Positions 56,167 to 64,000 of a DNA stretch of 64,000 bases are shown piece by piece. Positions within the stretch are counted from its first letter, which is position 1; each line of letters starts with the position of its first letter. The stretch lies in the NCBI GenBank assembly GCA_002269645.1, contig NIVC01002493.1:62001-126000 (forward strand), given 5' to 3'. The position numbers and the translations under genes were made by a program. A model generated the notes under the pieces. The model was not told the origin of the DNA and did not search any database. It saw only the letters and a list, made by a program, of their open reading frames with translations. This DNA is from Macrostomum lignano (lineage: Eukaryota).

Positions 56167-59100
56167 ATATAGAGCACCAGAAAACAGTAAAAAAGTTCAA
56201 ATGTCTTCTTCAGTGACAATGAGACTAGATATATATAGAGTAGATATAAACAGAAGCAAATGAAACTTATACCATAGATATAGAGAGTTATAAAATTATT
56301 TTTCTAAAAGCATATATAGCTTGTTTATTTTGTATCTATAATCTTGGACTCTGGTAATTAATAGAGGGCCTAGAGATTAGATATTATCTAATCTATTCTA
56401 ATAAATTTTAGACATCTATTATAGATAATGAGTTTAGTAATATTTTATCCACTATATAAATGTCTTTTTAACCAAACAATACAAGAGTGTACTTTTGTAT
56501 TCTGTATTTTTTAAGCTTTTTAAAATTAATAAAAAAAGATATTGAACAGTTTTTTGTGAGTAATTTGTGCTGAATACTACTTATCATTAGTGTAGTATGT
56601 AAATTGTAACTTAAGTAATATGTTGAGATTTACTTTAAGTTACATTGCCTCCATTATCCTGCTATATGCTATTCTGCCATATTATGCTACTATGAGTAGT
56701 ACAGTATTATTAAGGAGCTGTGTAAATGGTCTGTATTTTTTATTTATTCAGGAAGTCTGAAGATGTGCTTTTTCATTGTATAAGAAAGAAAGTGATCACT
56801 TTGTTCAGCAATTTTTTCATCTAGGACTCAATTTTTTGCCAATGTGCAACTTACTTTTTCTGTGGTACTGTTGTTATCTATGCAATATGTAGCATTTGAA
56901 TTTGTTTCTAGGGACAAGTGGAGCAATAGTTTTATTAGCGCTGAGCTGATAGCTTTGTAGCCTTTGAAGTCAGAGAATACAAGAAAACATAGAATTGAGT
57001 CTGAGTAGAGTGAAAAAATGCCTGGCAGTTGGTTCTTAAGTTTGTATTAAAGCTTTAGCCAGATCGAACTTAGCATTTTCTAGGTGGCTGGGTCTCTATT
57101 TTCTCAAGCTTTAGTTATTATGATTGTGGAACTTGCTTTTAAGACAGAATAGTTTCTTTCGAAGCTTTTCATTGTTTATTGTTAGCTAAGCATTTTATAT
57201 CTGTATCCATTGTGTCTGAATTCGAGGCCTCTCAGTTAGTTAGTAGCCAAAAGGTTGAGTTTGGGTGTCGCTTTGTGATCTATATTGTGCTGAGTGCGCT
57301 GTGCATTGTCTGTTAGAGAGTGGCTCTTGGAAAAATGGCTCACCCTAGCCGTCTCAAAGCTAGTAAGTTGCTACTAAGTTACCCACCCGTTCTATACTTG
57401 CGTCTTTTCATGCGGTCTTCCAAAGAATTAGTTGGCGGGGTCTGGGCTGCAAGCTCAATTGTTACTAGTGGTGCCTCGCTGTCGTTTATTCCAGCTAGAA
57501 TGAATATCTATAGAAGTTGTGCTAGTATTAGATACTGTAGAAAGGCAATAAATTTTTCTCTTAAATACGTTCGTTGTGAATTTATAGTCTCTGCATTGCA
57601 GTGAGTACATTTGCACTGTTGCTTGAATAAGTCTTGAAAATATAGTGCGTTGAATCAATCTAGTTCGGGAATGTTAGGTTTTGAATGCATTGCTTAGGAA
57701 ATTAGTTTAGGGGACATTAGAGATAAGGTGAAAAGAGAGAGTAGAGAAGAGATACAAACAGACATCAAGCGGGCCGCATTGCTATTGTGAAGTTTCAAAG
57801 GACCCGAGGTCCCGAGGACTAAAAAAGAGAAGCATTGTGGACCGACCCCTGCCGGAATCAAAGCTTGAATTGAAATCAACTTTTCATTGAAACAAGAGTC
57901 GCGCAGACCATAATTTAGCGCCAACGCAGTGCCGCAGGATATTCCAGGAAAGATAGTCTTACATAGACCTACGATGACCTCTCCCGGATGGCTGCCAATT
58001 TGCAGTCAAGCAATAATCTCAAATGTCAGGAAAGTAGCTTTCCCCCTCTTCCTAAGTTAAGACTGAGAAGGACGATTATTGTGTATTAACTTTTCATGCC
58101 TCAGTTCAAATCTTACACTTGCTAAGCATTTGAGTTTGCGCAAACTCCGTTCGTACATAGGCTTTAGGAGTTCCATTTTTATTAAACACACGCCTCATAC
58201 TGGAATTCCAAATGCATGCAGCCCAGCTATAATGGCTTTGAAGTCATTTGTGCAGTGCACAAAACCAACAGAAAATTTATTTATTGCACCTGCTTGCATT
58301 TCCTCGGTCTCTCTATCGGGGTCTTTTTATTTTCCTTTCTTTTTTTTTCTAGGCTCTTCTCTCTCTAAAGTAATCTTTTCTTTGACTATTCTGACTGCTT
58401 TGTAGTTACCAAGGCTCTTATTGTGCTAATATCTGCTGACAAAATGCGACCCGAATAATACTCAGATTAGACGCTCGGTGAATGGGTGGGTTCTATCGAC
58501 CTTTGCGGCAGCAGAAATACTTGTAAACAAAGCTTTTCTTTCGAGTTCTATTACTCTACTCTGCTCTATTTTCTAACTGGCAGGTACGCCAGCCAGATCA
58601 GAGCCAGTGCTATTTCATTCATCTAGCGCTGGCAAATGTGCACGCACCGAATTTGCCGCGCACCCTGTTTGACGGCTATCTACTCTTGTGCCGAATGCAG
58701 TTCTATATAATAGGTTGAGAAATTCTGCACAATTATTTATCTTCACTCATTTTCATTCACCAGAGTGAGCACAGAAGCGTAAAATAAGACAAGAGAGAGA
58801 CTTTACTAAAGTAGAAGACCATTCACGTTTTCTGAATGCGAATAGAGACTTTAACTAAGAAGCTATTGGCTATTTCATTCAACTGCCAAAGTCTGCTTAG
58901 AGGCATGCAGAGGTTGCAGGGGTCAGACTGTAGCAGAACCAATTGACGACGTTTTTAGCTGAGTCACCAAGCCTCTGTAAAGAAGAGAAAAGCTGTGGCG
59001 CTCTCTTACCGCGGCCACCCCCCCCCCCGCCTAGACATTCCTACACGGCATTAATCAACTTATAAGGCGCCTACGCCTGGCGCTTTCTTGTGGTTGGATT

Positions 59101-59298
59101 CTTCTACTAAAAGAGACCTTGCTGGTTGACATTTACTTTGTACCGAGGAGAGTAAAAGTTTTTTTCTGCCTTGAGTTCAGCAAACAGAGGAGTCATTTAC
59201 TTAGTTCAACCGACGGTTATCAGCCGCAGAGGTCGACTTCTCGCACCAGTCTAAGGCATTAGCTCGCTTAAGTTGGCCTAAAAAAGAACAACTTCGCT

Positions 59299-61234
59299 AT
59301 GCAAGTCCAGTACTATCACCCGATGGGACCCCACCTGCTTTATCACTACACGGCGATTCCGTCTAATGCGGTTAACGCCCCAGCGCCGCATCCGCCTCCG
59401 CCGCCACCTCCGCCACAATATTTTGCTTTTCCGTTAATGCTTCAACAGCAGCAGCAGCATCCTCATCAGAGGCAGCAGCAGCATCACCAGGCACCGGTAC
59501 CTTCGCCTGCGGCCGAAGCAGCTGCAGCTGCATTCTTTGCTCAACAACAGCAGCTTGCTGGTTAGTCAGTTCACTAGTCACTAGTATTCAAGTTAAATGT
59601 AGGTCATGGCTTGGTGTCTACGGATCCACAGAAAGATAAGGAGTGGAACTTGAGCACTAGAATTTTATTCAGTCGCTTGATTTACAAAAGGCGATCGACG
59701 TAAAAATGTTTGTAAAACACCATTTTTTTAACTACTCAACTTTTTTGTTGCTCCACTTTGTTGCAACTTTTTTATATGCTTCATGCGGGCATCAGGCATA
59801 CAGATGATTTCAATATGTTCCTAAGAGTCTTAGGCGGACAAAAAGTTTTATAGAGCCATGCCTTGAGCCATATTTAGTTCCAATATATAACTGCGCATCG
59901 TACGCTTGTCGATGAATGAGTGAGAGGTGTGTTTGCTTACAACTTTCCCGCCTATGCTTGCAAATCAAGCCAAAAAAGTAAAGAAAACAGAACTGAGAGG
60001 CTGTGAAGAAAAAGCCCCCTCCCCCTCTCTTAACAACTTCCTTGCTTTTCATTCACAGGCAAACTGCAATTACAGTGCGCCTCCTATTTAAGCTCACACA
60101 CGCACACGCTCTCGTGGCTTAATTTTCGCAGCAGTCACATGCTTTTGGTTCCGTATACAGTTGTTTCTTAAGAGGCATTAGTAGGTAAACCGAGAACTCG
60201 GATTGAAAGTCGATACAGAGAGCCAGAGAAAATTAGCTGTTTATGTATGCGCAGACGTAGTCCCTCACTAAATAGATGCATTATAAAGCATTGCCTGATG
60301 GATGAATAGTTCCACTAAATAAGTCTTCATAAAAATGTTATGGGCTCAGCGTATTGTCCTATATTGCTGTTGATTTTCAACGATACCTGATTAACATAAT
60401 TTTATGCGCAGATTATATCCAGCCACATTTATTCATGCAAAGCCAAAACGCTTTTTTTCCAGGCCTGGCACTTCACTTTCAAAGTCTTAGCGTTGGTGGT
60501 AACCATGGCAACCATAATGCTCTGCAAGTTCGCAACGGCAGTAGCAGCAGCAGCAACAGCAGTAGCAGCAGTAGCAGCAATGCCAGCTGCTCCAGCATTG
60601 GACCGTTCGATGTTGAGCGAGCTCGAAGCACTTCGTTCGGGTTGGTGCTTTAGTTAATGAATCAAGACTCTCACGACAATGTAACCCTGGGTTAACCTAT
60701 TGGCTATTTAGAAACTTAATTCTCGCTGTACATATCCATATGCATGCTCAGGGGTCCTTAAGATAGGCTTGCTAGCAATGTCATACCACCAGTGAATTGT
60801 GATCCAAGCATTGCTGGCTTTACTAACCTTACAGGCAGCCGGACTATCAATGGAAGCTGCTTGTTTGGCTAAAAACTCATCGTATGCACAAGTACTTTGA
60901 TCGGCTCAGAAAGTACAGCTTTGAGCAGTTGCTCAACTTAGACCGGGACACGCTAGAGGCGGAGCAGTTCACCCAAGGCGCCATCAAGAAGCTGCTCGGC
61001 ATGCTCGAACGAGTTCGAACTGATCGAGCCGCGTTCGAATCGCCAACCAGAATTGCCGGGACTGGAGCTTCTGCATCGGGAGTTGTGAAAATTAAACAGC
61101 CGCAGGCGGTGTTCCCACCAACTCTGTCTCAGCCTCCGCCGCCGCCGCCACTGCCGCTTCATCCGCATCGACACCTGCAGCAGCAGAATCTAATCAATTA
61201 TCGGCAGCAGAGATTCCTGTGCAGGCAGCCTTGA
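59299..61234 (+). CDS. Smaug/Vts1-type SAM-domain protein with Q/P/S low-complexity regions, ~279 aa; exons 59299-59560, 60463-60640, 60835-61234
   Basis: SAM motif LVWLKTHRMHKYFDRLRKYSFEQLLNLDRDTLEAEQFTQGAIKKLLGMLERV. Junction phases 1 and 2 keep frame (840 nt total). Confidence 0.78.
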
Positions 61235-62485
61235 TGTAATGAATATTTAAAAAGAATAACAACATTGATTTGTACTACCGATGAAATCATTAATCTCTTG
61301 AGCGTGTCTCTATTATAAGTAGGACCGACTGTGTTGAGTAATTGATCTTGTTTGTTAATGTTTTGCTTATCTCGTGTAAATGATTTAATTTACTATCAGG
61401 GAAAGTAATTTTGATAGTTTGTCTTGTGTTCTGTTAGATAAATTTATATTGTTAATGTCTAATGCTAGACAACAACTAGATGCTGCAGCTATATTGAGTA
61501 AATTTTCTTTTAGTTCTATATTGCACTTCATTGCCTACGTTTCCGTCCATTATTCTCTTCTATGTGCTGCAAAAAATATTCTTTAAGTATTGTTATTTTA
61601 AAACTCATGTCTTACTTATTTAAAATTGGATAGAAAATGTGTTGTTTTCTACTACTCGTACAAAAGTTCCAGACTACTGTTAGTACAAAATTAAAACATT
61701 TTTGTCATTTTTTGTTTTCACTTCAACAAATTTAACAACATTTTTCGTTTAAGATTTCATGCAAGGCACTGCTTTATTGTGATATAAATAACCCACCCAT
61801 GGTTTCCTTTTGCTTCTATAGAAGCTTGTGAGGTACTAAGACTGAAGAAAATATACGATGAAATTTCACTTTGCGTCATTTTTGAGTTCTAAGAGCACTG
61901 TTTTTTGTTACTGCTTTCTTTTTGCTTTGCTTATTATTTAGTTTTTAATGTCAATGTATCTTGCAATTTTTTAGGTAGTTTAGGATATCTGCACACGAAA
62001 CCTAATGTAACGTGAACCACACAGCGGTTTTCGACGTTGTGAAGTTTCGAGTTTGTGAAACCCCCTCCCAAAAGACAGTCAGCTGCATTGAATGGAAAAC
62101 AGAAGGTGAGGGGGTACGTAGGCTGGCGATTACAAATGGGCTTTTGGTATTTGTTTACCTTAAGTCGAGTCCTTTCCTAACCTCAAACCCCAAAACCATC
62201 AATAAAAAACATACATAGCAGTATTTTGCATTACAGTTTTAGTGAATAGGAATACTCTAAAATTGCTATGAGCTCGTATTTGTCATCTTCACTTGTATGC
62301 TGCGCTAGTTTTTATGAATCATCACTATTTTTCCATGCTACCTTGTAGCAACTACGGTTTAAGCATTGGTAGTCTTTTTATTAAGATAAAACCACTTTCA
62401 ATCCGTAGCCATGGCTTATCGAATGTAAGGCATCGCTCAAAAGAAAAGCAATAAGGAAACTATTTGTTAATCTGCAACATAATGC

Positions 62486-63670
62486 ATGCTGCCAGTTATG
62501 GACCAGCAGCCTCAGCCCATTGAAGAAGTTGCTTGTCCGATGTGCTCTCGGCTGTTCTCAGCCGTCAGATTCGCTGAGTATTTGCGTCACTGCAACAGTC
62601 ACAGCATCGGGCAAGAGTCTGAGACTGAAAGTGTGCATGAGCAGGTGGTGGATCCTGGTGAGCAGAGAGATGAGCGGCCAGTTAATGAGCAAGTCGCTGA
62701 GCCAGAAGCAGATCGGGGTTCTCAGCAAGTTGGGCATTCGCTGAAGTGCCGGCACTGTGAAAGAGAGTTTGCCAACAGGCTGGAGTTGAGACGGCACGTC
62801 AGAAGTCATCAGAATCGCGTCATCGACATATCGTTGAGGTGCGATACTTGCGGCAAAGGTTTTTTTAGCCGAAGTGAGTTTTTGATTCATCGCCAAGTCA
62901 AGAAGCCGTTCAAGTGCTGCGCTTGCGACAAGTGCTTATGTAGCCGATTTAGTCTCCTCAATCATCACCGAGTGCACACAGGTGAAAAACCTTTCAAATG
63001 CGACGATTGCGAAAAATGTTTTGCTGAGCGGGGTACTTTAGTGGCTCATCGCCGTGTGCACACTGGTGAAAAGCCTTATAAATGCGACGAGTGTGGAAAA
63101 TGCTTTTCTGGGCTGGGTGTTTTATTGGCCCATCGCCGTGTGCACACAGGTGAAAAGCCTTATAAATGCGACGATTGCGGCAAATGCTTTGCTCGGCAGA
63201 GTAACTTATGGACTCATCGCCATGTTCACACAGGTGAAAAGCCTTATAAATGTGACGACTGCGGCAAATGCTTTTCACGCCAGAGTACCTTATTGCGTCA
63301 TCGTCGTGTCCATACAGGTGAAAAACCTTTTAAATGCGACGTCTGCGGCAAAGGCGTCGCTCATCAGAGTTACTTATTGGATCATCGTCGTGTTCACACG
63401 GGCGAAAAGCCATTTAAATGCGAGGTTTGCGGCAAATGCTTTGGTCAGCGGAATAACTTACGAACTCATCGCCGTGTCCACACAGCTGAAAAGCCTTATA
63501 AATGCGACGAATGTGGCAGGTGTTTTTCTTTTCGAAGTAACCTTGTGGCTCATCGCCGAGTGCACACTGGTGGCAAGCAGTTCAAGTGTGACGATTGTGG
63601 CAAAAGTTTTCCTTGCCAAAACCGACTTTTGAAGCATCGCCGTGTGCACACCAGTAGCAAGCCAAGTTAG
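62486..63670 (+). CDS. Tandem C2H2 zinc-finger protein, 394 aa
   Basis: Nine consecutive canonical fingers, mostly joined by TGEKP(Y/F) linkers, preceded by two looser fingers (one lacking the last His) and an isolated N-terminal CPMC...H...H finger. Confidence 0.93.
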   Translation: MLPVMDQQPQPIEEVACPMCSRLFSAVRFAEYLRHCNSHSIGQESETESVHEQVVDPGEQRDERPVNEQVAEPEADRGSQQVGHSLKCRHCEREFANRLELRRHVRSHQNRVIDISLRCDTCGKGFFSRSEFLIHRQVKKPFKCCACDKCLCSRFSLLNHHRVHTGEKPFKCDDCEKCFAERGTLVAHRRVHTGEKPYKCDECGKCFSGLGVLLAHRRVHTGEKPYKCDDCGKCFARQSNLWTHRHVHTGEKPYKCDDCGKCFSRQSTLLRHRRVHTGEKPFKCDVCGKGVAHQSYLLDHRRVHTGEKPFKCEVCGKCFGQRNNLRTHRRVHTAEKPYKCDECGRCFSFRSNLVAHRRVHTGGKQFKCDDCGKSFPCQNRLLKHRRVHTSSKPS

Positions 63671-64000
63671 ATCGTCAGTAGTGGCAAACAGTAATAAATA
63701 ATAAAGGGTTTGTACAATCATGAAGACACGCGCAGTGGCTTAACATTTCCGCATTGATTGTCTCTCGTTTAAAGGATATTACTGACGTGTAAATACGCCT
63801 AATTGAAGGTTAAAATGCTACTAAAATTTAAAGCGTTTTTTGCGTTGGATGTATATTGTACTCGATTTAATGTTAGTGATGGAGGCTTGTTGAATATCCG
63901 TTTTTCCCTTTGTTGACTATAGAATCCAGTCAAGTCATGTTACGTATTTTCTATTTGGTAGTTAATGGATATTGTTAGTTTGTTTAACTTTATAAATTAA

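Noticed and set aside
56900-58750. Less AT-rich stretch with short ORFs, possibly a decayed retroelement
   Set aside because: No motif could be recognised in any frame I checked; needs TBLASTX against TE libraries.
62520-63721. Overlapping ORFs on both strands of the zinc-finger gene (and of ORF 37217-38599)
   Set aside because: Shadow frames caused by repetitive or GC-rich codon usage.

Overview
Eukaryotic (metazoan) genomic window with no prokaryotic features and no CRISPR array. GC-rich exons with poly-Ala/Gln tracts, minisatellite-filled introns and TTAGGG tracts suggest a free-living flatworm such as Macrostomum; this is inference only. Six spliced genes could be assembled by hand with GT-AG introns and continuous reading frames: an LRR protein, an ANKRD63-like ankyrin protein, cysteamine dioxygenase ADO, an SLC22-family transporter, a secreted PAN/Apple plus LamG-like protein, and a Smaug/Vts1-type SAM protein. 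There is also a single-exon tandem C2H2 zinc-finger gene and two intronless orphan ORFs. Mobile DNA includes an internally deleted Ty1/copia element (5-bp TSD, 30-nt tRNA-iMet match at the PBS), two tRNA-derived SINE families (one with a MIR-like CORE), a solo-LTR-like family, hAT-type MITEs with 8-bp TSDs, MITE-like elements carrying a 21-bp minisatellite, a decayed MULE and a decayed LINE. About 20 distinct tandem-repeat arrays are present, and many long ORFs in the track are artefacts of them. I found no clear new biological system; the best leads are in the findings. All coordinates were counted by hand, and array edges are approximate.
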